Source: Bacteroidales bacterium | GTDB lineage: Bacteria > Bacteroidota > Bacteroidia > Bacteroidales > VadinHA17 | Assembly (NCBI GenBank): GCA_050014255.1 | Contig: JBEKDR010000033.1 | Span: 2,064-66,063, forward strand | DNA length: 64,000 bases | Direction of reading: 5' to 3' | The notes under the pieces: model-generated | The model's database searches: none | The model's input: only the letters and a program-made list of their open reading frames with translations | What the model was told of the DNA's origin: nothing | Made by a program: the position numbers and the translations under genes | Shown here: one piece after another, positions 40,523 to 48,070 of the stretch | How positions within the stretch are numbered: the first letter of the stretch is position 1 | Layout: the number at the start of each line of letters is the position of its first letter

Positions 40523-40557
40523 GTTAGTAATTCATTTTGATAAAGTTATGAAAGACA
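40499..40557 (-). repeat. Right arm of the 59-bp inverted repeat (promoter-proximal DNA plus the first 8 codons of the sensor-kinase gene)
   Basis: Its reverse complement TGTCTTTCATAACTTTATCAAAATGAATTACTAACATGGCAAATCTCATCCAGGGGTAT matches 32177-32235 with 5 mismatches. Confidence 0.9.
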
Positions 40558-40851
40558 ATGATAAAAATCAATAAAAATCCATCCAAAAAAAAACTTAAGA
40601 GCATGTCTTATTCTTTTTAGGCTTAAGTTGGGAAAATCAGTGACCCTGACCATGAGAGGCCCGATCAAATTGACTACCAAAAGCACGAATAAAGATTTAT
40701 TGTATTGTTATTTTCGTAAGTGCTTCGAATACTTGGGATTATTATCCTAATGTCGTCATTAACCCCTCCTTCGGCTCCTCCCCTTAAACAAAAAGCCCTG
40801 CCCCGGGCCAGGAGAGCTAAAATGATCTGTTCCTGTATAGATATAGCGTTT

Positions 40852-41925
40852 TTACTTATTTTTTGGCGGGTCCTTGATGCAGCGGACAGATATGCCTTCA
40901 TAGACACCTGTGGTGCCACGATATATCTGGGAAGAATTATAATCCAGCTGCCGTACCCAGGCGTAATCACCTCTGATCGAGGAGGACCAGAACCGGATAG
41001 ATGTTCCAATATTCGTGAAATAGCCGGCACCATCACGCCATCCTGCGGGCAGTGCCCTGAAACGACTTTCATCGGTTGCTCCGGTGTTAGGAGTTTTCCA
41101 CAACTCTATTCCTTCATTTTTCATCTTGCCTCCTTCATCTTCTCCGCGCCAGTTCTCTTCATCGACTTCTGCCTGACTCATCCCAAGGAACATCTCAAGC
41201 TGTTTCCATTCACTGTCACTTGGCAGATGCCAGCCGTCAGGACAAACACCCTGCACGTTTCCCGTTTTGATATCGCTCCCTGAATCAAGATTCATAGCTG
41301 CCGGCCATGTGTAAAGATTGCCATATGTACCGGCGATGGCGCTATAGTTTTCATACCAGCAGTATGCGCTGTTATACCATGGCATGTTAAACCATGTGAG
41401 ACGGTCCTCAATCCGAGGAATTATTGAACCATCAGGATAGTGGCTTACCTTCAAATTATCACTCATCCATGTCTGATCACCAATATTTACAGGATAGTAT
41501 ATATTGTGGTCAATATCAATTATTGGAAGTACTAATGTATCAGGTGTTTTAAATGATTTCTCATCGCCATAATAAGGAATTGAATTGGTTATCGCAAAGG
41601 CTTTGACATAATAAGTTGTACCTGGCAAAATATCATATACAGTACTACTGAAACTTCCCGTTGAGTTTATGGGTCCTAACTGGATTAAAGTTCCATTTAT
41701 TTCGGGATTTGTTGATTCAGACCAATAGAATCCATGCTCATTGATTTCTTCCTTCCCGATACTGACAATTGTACCTTTTAATGTATAAATTCCCTCTGAA
41801 TAGATTTCTATATTATCTGTTGTAATTGCAAGGATTTTTTCAGTTTCAGTTTTTTTGCACCCGCTTAATGAAAAGATAATTACAACTATACCGATTTGTA
41901 TTTTTACTTTAACAGGATTCATCAT
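40852..41925 (-). CDS. FISUMP-domain lipoprotein (Fibrobacter succinogenes major paralogous domain)
   Basis: 357 aa. Lipobox LSGCKK. The C-terminal region has GDQTWMSDNL, YGNLYTW, CPDGWHLPSDSEW, RALPAGWR and ISVRCIKD, typical of FISUMP. Confidence 0.75.
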   Translation of the reverse strand: MMNPVKVKIQIGIVVIIFSLSGCKKTETEKILAITTDNIEIYSEGIYTLKGTIVSIGKEEINEHGFYWSESTNPEINGTLIQLGPINSTGSFSSTVYDILPGTTYYVKAFAITNSIPYYGDEKSFKTPDTLVLPIIDIDHNIYYPVNIGDQTWMSDNLKVSHYPDGSIIPRIEDRLTWFNMPWYNSAYCWYENYSAIAGTYGNLYTWPAAMNLDSGSDIKTGNVQGVCPDGWHLPSDSEWKQLEMFLGMSQAEVDEENWRGEDEGGKMKNEGIELWKTPNTGATDESRFRALPAGWRDGAGYFTNIGTSIRFWSSSIRGDYAWVRQLDYNSSQIYRGTTGVYEGISVRCIKDPPKNK

Positions 41926-42044
41926 TCAAAATTTACCCCTTTTTCCTAAGACCGTTATACCGACTGATACCCTACCGAAATTAAAATAATCCCCGGGGTC
42001 AGAAACAAAGAATTAACTTTTGAGGTTAGATATGTCCTATTGGT

Positions 42045-42236
42045 TGATTTTGCCCTTGAAATCGTTATTACCCTGTCTTCCAGAGGCTGCCTCATCACTT
42101 CCAGTACAGATCTTTTGAACTCAGGAAGTTCATCGAGAACTAAAACGCCATTATGCCCAAGGGAAATTTCGCCTGGTTTTGGAAAGATACCACCCCCTAA
42201 AGGGGCAATATCAGAAAAATATTGATGTGGGTATAT
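42045..42236 (-). pseudogene. Internal fragment (~64 codons) of a ComM/YifB Mg-chelatase-like ATPase gene
   Basis: My minus-strand translation reads [62 protein letters not shown]. It matches the conserved [20 protein letters not shown]...RQPLED...ISRA core of ComM, with no N- or C-terminal parts. Confidence 0.7.
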
Positions 42237-42303
42237 TTAATAGGTTCAAAGATTGTTGGAAATGTGATTCCCCTTTCTTTTCATGCTCCAATTATTTGTA
42301 CAA

Positions 42304-42696
42304 TTACTGATTAGCGATTAATTCTTTCTTGCTCTTGTTGTGACTCATTATGAATAAAATACCTGCCACAATTAAAGGAAGACAAAACATAAGCGGACCT
42401 TTAAGACCTTCCACCACTGAACCTGACCTTATATAAATAATTAAAAAGGCATAAATGAGGAAGGCAAAACTGAAAATTAACACGCTTATACCACCAACCT
42501 TTTCGTGTTTCCATGCAATTATTAATATAACAAGCAATACCATTGCTGGTGCAGAATTTGCCAAAAAAGTTCCTGCTTTCCCCCAAAAAGTGTGTTGATG
42601 TAAGACCGAATCAAAAGACATGAAGGCCAGTCCAAGGATAAAGAGGATACAAAGAATCCTTGCTATCCATTCAATTACTTTGGTAGATGTTTTCAT
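42304..42696 (-). CDS. Hypothetical 4-TM membrane protein
   Basis: 130-aa ORF with four hydrophobic segments. No family recognised. Confidence 0.5.
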   Translation of the reverse strand: MKTSTKVIEWIARILCILFILGLAFMSFDSVLHQHTFWGKAGTFLANSAPAMVLLVILIIAWKHEKVGGISVLIFSFAFLIYAFLIIYIRSGSVVEGLKGPLMFCLPLIVAGILFIMSHNKSKKELIANQ

Positions 42697-42877
42697 TTGA
42701 TTGATTTAATGAAGATGAATAACTAAAATAACTGAAAACCAGAAATTTGATGCAAGTTACACCAACTTAAAAGCAATGTCAAATAATTTATTATTACACC
42801 ACATAATAAATTACTGCATCATCAGATGTATTTTGATGTGGCAAATAAATGGTTAATTAACTTTATATTATTGTATT

Positions 42878-42917
42878 ATAAAAAATAAAATGCCCTAAAA
42901 TAATATCATTGGGCATT
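42878..42917 (-). terminator. Possible Rho-independent terminator of 42977-43393
   Basis: A 7-bp stem AATGCCC/GGGCATT (42889-42895 and 42911-42917) is followed on the minus strand by a T-rich run. Confidence 0.4.
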
Positions 42918-42976
42918 CAGTTGATATTAAGAACTACTATTTTACCCGTGTCCAGGTATAGGTTACGACAGGTTTG

Positions 42977-43393
42977 TCATTTACTATTGTGGTTTCTGTT
43001 ATAATATTCGGGATTCGAAAGATCACTAAATGAAATACTTACATATTTATATTTTGATACAAACCAAACTGCATTAATCTCTACGTCTGGTTTTTCATTA
43101 ATTGCTGCAACAATGTATTTATCAATTCCTTTGACATACCCCCAAAGTTGCTTTCCTTCTAAAATCGTTTTTCCTTTAGTAACATTCCACCAATCGCAAT
43201 CTTTGCCAGTTCCAACAGGTTTAAAATTCCAGTTGTCGATTGTGTCTTTACCAATTTCTCCAGTCCAGGAACCCTCTAGCTGTTTTATCAACTCAACTTG
43301 ATTGAGTTTTGTTTGTGTGGTTTGTGCCTGCAATCCGTCTAAACAGATTAAAAGAAATACAGGAATTGTGATTGTTAAGCAAAATTTTTTCAT
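42977..43393 (-). CDS. Hypothetical secreted protein
   Basis: 138-aa ORF with the signal peptide MKKFCLTITIPVFLLICLDGLQAQ. No family recognised. Confidence 0.5.
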   Translation of the reverse strand: MKKFCLTITIPVFLLICLDGLQAQTTQTKLNQVELIKQLEGSWTGEIGKDTIDNWNFKPVGTGKDCDWWNVTKGKTILEGKQLWGYVKGIDKYIVAAINEKPDVEINAVWFVSKYKYVSISFSDLSNPEYYNRNHNSK

Positions 43394-43654
43394 ACGATTG
43401 GTTTTTAATTAATTATTAAGGTATTCCACATTATATGATGATGTTAAAAACTAAAATAATTGTCAGTCAATTATATGAGCAAAGTTAAACCAGCATAAAG
43501 CCTAAGTCAATTTTATTTTAACCAGCCGAAAAATCAGGATGCAAGATTATTGATTAAATCAAGATAGTTGGAACTATATGGATTTAATCGCCTATTTTTA
43601 TCTTCAATGGACAATAAAACCAATTATTAAGATACGTTCACTTTTCAACCTTTT

Positions 43655-45835
43655 CTACTGTTCTTTTGGATTAAGCTTTTTCACAAATTCATTATAGCGA
43701 GAATCACCATGAAGGGGGTTAAACTCCGGAAGGATAGCGAGCCCGGCAATCCAAGCATGATAAGGCTTATGCTCCAGCCATTTGAATGCCTCATCTTTTT
43801 CTCCCAGCGCAGCATAAATCTCTATCAGACCAAGTGCCTGCCATGGTGTGACATCTCCTTTCAATATTTCATCTACTATCTGTTGCGCCTCTTTCTTATG
43901 CCCGGCCTTTGCATATGTGTATCCCAAAGCCCATTCCCACGTGGGATCCAGTTCAGCAAGTTTTTTATGTTCAGCAATCGCTTCATCAAATTTCCCCTGG
44001 CAAAGGTAGCAAAGACCTATAACATAATAACTTATTATGTAGTCCTTTTCAATCTCAAAAGCTTTTTTACATTCACGTATTGCATCATCATATTTTCCGT
44101 CATAATAGTATAATCCTCCGAGCCATGCAGTATGCTGCGGATTGAAGGGATCATATTTCTGTGCAAGTTTATGTTCCACGACTGCTTCCTCCATGCGACC
44201 TTTCAAGTAGAGGCACCAAGCATAATGATAATGAGTGATGGCTGAGTTTGGATTCAATGCAAGAGCTTTCTTAAAGTATTTCTCTGCCATGTCAAATTTC
44301 CAGTCATAATATGCCGATACTTCTCCAAGGGCCGTATAAACTTCTGCTATAGTCGTATCCAGTCTGATCGCCTGTAATGCTGCAGCCTCAGCTTTTTCCA
44401 GTGCATCACCCGTATCAAGGGGCCCGTGAGCAATTGCAGCATATCCAAGAGCCACACCAGCATAAGCAAATGCATCTCCCGGATCCGTTCTCAGGACTTC
44501 ATTCAGATACTCAATTCCCTTTTTTAATCCTTCATCCGTAAAAGCGTTAATATTGTACATACCTCTTAGGTATATCGCATAGGTTTCAGGATTAATTTTA
44601 CGTGGTGTCGGCAGTTTTACAATATTTTCAGGAGTAATATCAAAACCAATTTTTTTAATTATCTGACCTACGATATTGTTATATAGTTTTTCTGAATTAA
44701 TAATATCACTTTTATAATTACTGGCCCATATCAGTTTTTCATCCGGAAAAGCCTGAACCAGCCTTAACTTCAAATTAATTGAGTCTCCGACATTAATAAC
44801 TGAACCTTCAATAATATAATCGACATTGATCTCATTTGCTATTTCCGTAATCGACCTTGTGGCATTAGCAAACATTGAAGCCGTTTGACCTGAGAGCACA
44901 CGAAGGGGTTTGACCTGGCTTATCATGCATAATTCATTAGTCAGTGCTTCATTTTGTCCCTGAACAAGATAATCCTGATCTTGCTTCCCGGTGAGATTCT
45001 TGAATGGCAAAACTACAACTGATTTTTCTATGTCAGCAAGATTTGTTTTAGCATCAGGACTATTAAGGATCTCTTTATTATCTGCCTTACCTGAACCCGG
45101 AACAAGATAGAAATCCCCGGTAAGTGAAGTTGAAACCCATGGCAATTGGTGATTATCAGATTTTTTATATACATAAGCAGTTACCTTCTGGAACATCTGG
45201 ATAGCCGTTATCCCGGGTTCATTTATGTATGTCAGTATTCCTGAGGTATACAATCCGTTATTTCCTGCTATTCCGTCTGAAGCTGTGCTCCCGGGGGAAG
45301 TTGCAAGTGCGATTATAGAACCCACCGGCGCTGTCATTGTCGCGAGGCCCTTTCCCTTAGCTGCTCTTGTCCAGCTTCGTTCAAAGGGGTTATCCCGGCA
45401 TGCATCGAGGATCACAATATTAACTTTGTTTTTTGCATCCTCCATTTTTCCTAAAATCCTGTCGGCTCTGACACAGTTATATTCTACATCAGATTCGGAT
45501 TTTAAGGTTGCATCAACCGGCATCAGGTAATTAAAACCTTTTGACTGCAAACCATGGCCGGCATAGAAAACTAACCCTATATCATAATTTTTTAACTTGT
45601 TCCCGAAGTTATCTATAGCCCGGAACATCCCTTTTTGATCCAGGTTTTCATATTGCTCGACTTCAAACCCGATCCCTTTAAGTGCCGCCTCTATGGATTT
45701 TGCGTCATTTATAGGATTTGCAAGACTATTTTTCCCGTAATCACCATTACCTATTACCAGGGCCAGACGCCTTTCCTGCGAATAAACCGAAATGCAGAAA
45801 AGGAATATTACCGTAATAAAGACTAATTTTTTCAT
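43655..45835 (-). CDS. Secreted caspase-family (peptidase C14) protein with a TolB-N-like module and C-terminal TPR repeats
   Basis: Caspase His/Cys dyad context VFYAGHG and ILDACRDNPF. Middle module KSVVVLPFKNLTG. The C-terminal ~300 aa are TPR. The ORF track starts at a TTG (45859); the first ATG (MKKLVFITV..., a signal peptide) is at 45835. Confidence 0.75.
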   Translation of the reverse strand: MKKLVFITVIFLFCISVYSQERRLALVIGNGDYGKNSLANPINDAKSIEAALKGIGFEVEQYENLDQKGMFRAIDNFGNKLKNYDIGLVFYAGHGLQSKGFNYLMPVDATLKSESDVEYNCVRADRILGKMEDAKNKVNIVILDACRDNPFERSWTRAAKGKGLATMTAPVGSIIALATSPGSTASDGIAGNNGLYTSGILTYINEPGITAIQMFQKVTAYVYKKSDNHQLPWVSTSLTGDFYLVPGSGKADNKEILNSPDAKTNLADIEKSVVVLPFKNLTGKQDQDYLVQGQNEALTNELCMISQVKPLRVLSGQTASMFANATRSITEIANEINVDYIIEGSVINVGDSINLKLRLVQAFPDEKLIWASNYKSDIINSEKLYNNIVGQIIKKIGFDITPENIVKLPTPRKINPETYAIYLRGMYNINAFTDEGLKKGIEYLNEVLRTDPGDAFAYAGVALGYAAIAHGPLDTGDALEKAEAAALQAIRLDTTIAEVYTALGEVSAYYDWKFDMAEKYFKKALALNPNSAITHYHYAWCLYLKGRMEEAVVEHKLAQKYDPFNPQHTAWLGGLYYYDGKYDDAIRECKKAFEIEKDYIISYYVIGLCYLCQGKFDEAIAEHKKLAELDPTWEWALGYTYAKAGHKKEAQQIVDEILKGDVTPWQALGLIEIYAALGEKDEAFKWLEHKPYHAWIAGLAILPEFNPLHGDSRYNEFVKKLNPKEQ

Positions 45836-46010
45836 AACCGGCTGATTTTGTTTGCGCAAAGTTACACCTCGTTTAAGCCAAAGTCAATTCTTTTGTTCCA
45901 AATAAAAATCCCTGCCCCCAAGATTAACTCAGAAGGATTGAATAGAGAATAACCCAAGTATTTTAAAGTTCGTCCAAAATGTACTTGAATACATAGCAAT
46001 TTTATGCTAA

Positions 46011-46070
46011 AAACCTGCAATTTTTTGACAATTTGTTAAAATTTTCTGCTAAACTTTAAATTTTTGACAT
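46011..46070. promoter_or_regulatory. About three 20-bp direct repeats (AAnnTTTAAAnTTTTTGACA type), 176-235 nt upstream of the caspase-TPR gene
   Basis: AAACTTTAAATTTTTGACA at 46051-46069 is identical, apart from a 1-nt indel, to 47870-47889. Weaker units precede it at a 20-bp period. Confidence 0.5.
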
Positions 46071-46275
46071 TTTATCACTATTGGCTGGAAAAGCCGGAGG
46101 CCATAACAATATTTGGCCGTATCTCATTGACCACAAAAGGCCGGAATTAAATGCTTGTTTTTTAATTATATATGATAAATGTTATTTGACCGGCCAAATG
46201 TGGTCAAGATGCCCGGCTTTTGCACACTACTCTGTTTGTATTTTGGAATTGTTGTAGTGTACGCCAACAGTTGTA

Positions 46276-47772
46276 TCATTGCAGGTTATGCCGGTTAAAC
46301 ATATCATTATGCATCCTTCCGATTCTATCCATGCATTCCTTTGGTATTCCATGACCCGGATTCTTTACTCCTATGACCTTGTTATTGACACCAAGATCCG
46401 TAAGTGTGACGTTGGATAAATCTCCCTCAACCAGGTTATTTTGTGTATCCCAATACAAAACAACAATGAAATTCTTCTGCTGGAAATTATTATTAACCAT
46501 TTTGCAATTTTCACCTACGGACAATAAATAGTTGGGGTCATCGGCACTAGTTACATACCATTCATCACCAGCAATAAACCAATAGCAATCAGGTAATGAT
46601 GCATCTCCGGTAATTGTGTTATTGGTGAATACTCCATTCTTCATTGCATAAGTCTGTATAGGCCAGGCCCAATCTTCCATATCATTAAATGTATTATTAC
46701 TACAAAACATCTGAATCCAGACAGGATTATCAGGATGAGCATACCTCCAGCCGTCCCACATGCCTATTCCGGAAGCACCATAATGAAGATTGAATACATT
46801 ATTACTTATTTCATAATTCCCCGCTTCTTCCCGGACATATTCAAAAATGTTATGCTCCTCAGAGCAGTTTACATCTATTCCATCATAATTATAAGCAGTG
46901 ACATTAAATACATTATGCATCATTTTGACCTTTACTCCTATATTTTGATTCACTAAAAGCCCCTGATAATTTCCGGAAAAAACATTACTCCCTTGCATAC
47001 CAAAACTGAGATTGCCACTTTTACAGCCAAAGACATATAAGCCCCTCCAGAAATTGTTAAACCGGCTGTTTGAAACATCTGCATCAATATTTCCTCTCGT
47101 AATGAGAGTGCTTCCAACTGGTTCATATACGTCCGGAGCCAACTTGACACCGTTATAGTTGTAATATGGATAATAATCTGCCACAGTTCCGTCCCACATT
47201 GTAACATCACTCTGCTGTAATCCTGTTACTTCAATATTATTGAGGGTAACCCCGATGTATTGCCTGGTTGGTACATAATCTGCAGAATAATCGGAGAATA
47301 GCAATAAATTCATTTCCTCATTTCCAAGCAAAGACAATGTTTCTGTCTGGGTGACCGACAGGTCGCTTACTGTAACGTTGCCTCCAATAAAAGTAATTAA
47401 GGCAGGCAATTTGTTCTGCAGGGTATTTGATTCAGGAGTGAGCCCCGGGAGATTGGTTATGATAGTTTTTCCCATCCCTGAGCCGCAAAAAGTCCCGTTA
47501 AACGCCCTGACTTCAATCATGCCGATAGAGAATGTACCCGGCATAAGTTTCACGACAGCATTTTTACCGCAGACCTGAGCCTGGGCAAAAGCATCAATCA
47601 GGTCCTGAGTGTCGTTCGGCCCCGGATAAACCTTTACTACATTACCGCATTTCATAAGGGCTGTATTGCCAGAAAGCTTATCAGCAACCGGATCCGTGTT
47701 CAACATGCCATCCTTGGAGCAGGAAAAGGCCAGAACAGCAAGAAAAATTAAAATAAAATTCAGTTTTTTCAT
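46276..47772 (-). CDS. Hypothetical lipoprotein, possibly a right-handed beta-helix fold
   Basis: Lipobox AFSCSKD after MKKLNFILIFLAVL (ATG at 47772; the ORF track begins at a TTG at 47796). Repeated NNxF/NNTI-type motifs suggest PbH1-like repeats. The function is unknown. Confidence 0.5.
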   Translation of the reverse strand: MKKLNFILIFLAVLAFSCSKDGMLNTDPVADKLSGNTALMKCGNVVKVYPGPNDTQDLIDAFAQAQVCGKNAVVKLMPGTFSIGMIEVRAFNGTFCGSGMGKTIITNLPGLTPESNTLQNKLPALITFIGGNVTVSDLSVTQTETLSLLGNEEMNLLLFSDYSADYVPTRQYIGVTLNNIEVTGLQQSDVTMWDGTVADYYPYYNYNGVKLAPDVYEPVGSTLITRGNIDADVSNSRFNNFWRGLYVFGCKSGNLSFGMQGSNVFSGNYQGLLVNQNIGVKVKMMHNVFNVTAYNYDGIDVNCSEEHNIFEYVREEAGNYEISNNVFNLHYGASGIGMWDGWRYAHPDNPVWIQMFCSNNTFNDMEDWAWPIQTYAMKNGVFTNNTITGDASLPDCYWFIAGDEWYVTSADDPNYLLSVGENCKMVNNNFQQKNFIVVLYWDTQNNLVEGDLSNVTLTDLGVNNKVIGVKNPGHGIPKECMDRIGRMHNDMFNRHNLQ

Positions 47773-47869
47773 AGCCAAAATATTTAAGTTAAACAAAAAC
47801 CAGAAAAGGGTTAATATTTTAATTTAAGTTCGGCTAAAAACATTCTGAGGCACTAAATTATTTTTACAA

Positions 47870-47929
47870 AAACTTTAAACTTTTTGACAGAATTTTAAAT
47901 TTTTTGTCAAAACCTTAAATTTTTTACGA
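47870..47929. promoter_or_regulatory. Three tandem 20-bp direct repeats, 98-157 nt upstream of the lipoprotein gene
   Basis: AAACTTTAAACTTTTTGACA / GAATTTTAAATTTTTTGTCA / AAACCTTAAATTTTTTACGA, followed by ATAATCAC (compare TTTATCAC after the 46-kb array). Confidence 0.55.
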
Positions 47930-48070
47930 ATAATCACAATTTTGCGCTGATGCTTCAACAGATTTATACATTTACTGGCAGCGCGAAGGGTTAAAATGAA
48001 ACAGAGACCCCTATGCGATGATTTCCGGGGGTTAGTAATAAGTTAATTTTATCAATGGTTATAGTCTTTT

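Noticed and set aside
32177-40557. Interpreting the 59-bp inverted repeats as a bona fide site-specific invertible switch
   Set aside because: No recombinase or invertase gene is present in or near the segment, and the arms are longer and more divergent (5 mismatches) than typical Bacteroidetes invertase sites. It is kept only as one hypothesis within the finding, not as a called mobile or invertible element.
40674-41283. Overlapping ORFs of 132 aa (-) and 187 aa (+) at the 3' part of the FISUMP gene
   Set aside because: The 357-aa frame carries clear FISUMP motifs. The alternative frames are Pro/Arg/Ser-rich with no motifs, and they arise in the locally more GC-rich part of that gene.
46127-46207. 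Inverted repeat TTGACCACAAAAGGCCGG ... CCGGCCAAATGTGGTCAA (15/18 match, 45-nt AT-rich spacer) downstream of the beta-helix lipoprotein gene
   Set aside because: I considered it as a terminator or operator. No T-tract follows the hairpin on either strand, the loop is long, and there is only a single occurrence, so I left it unassigned rather than call a feature.
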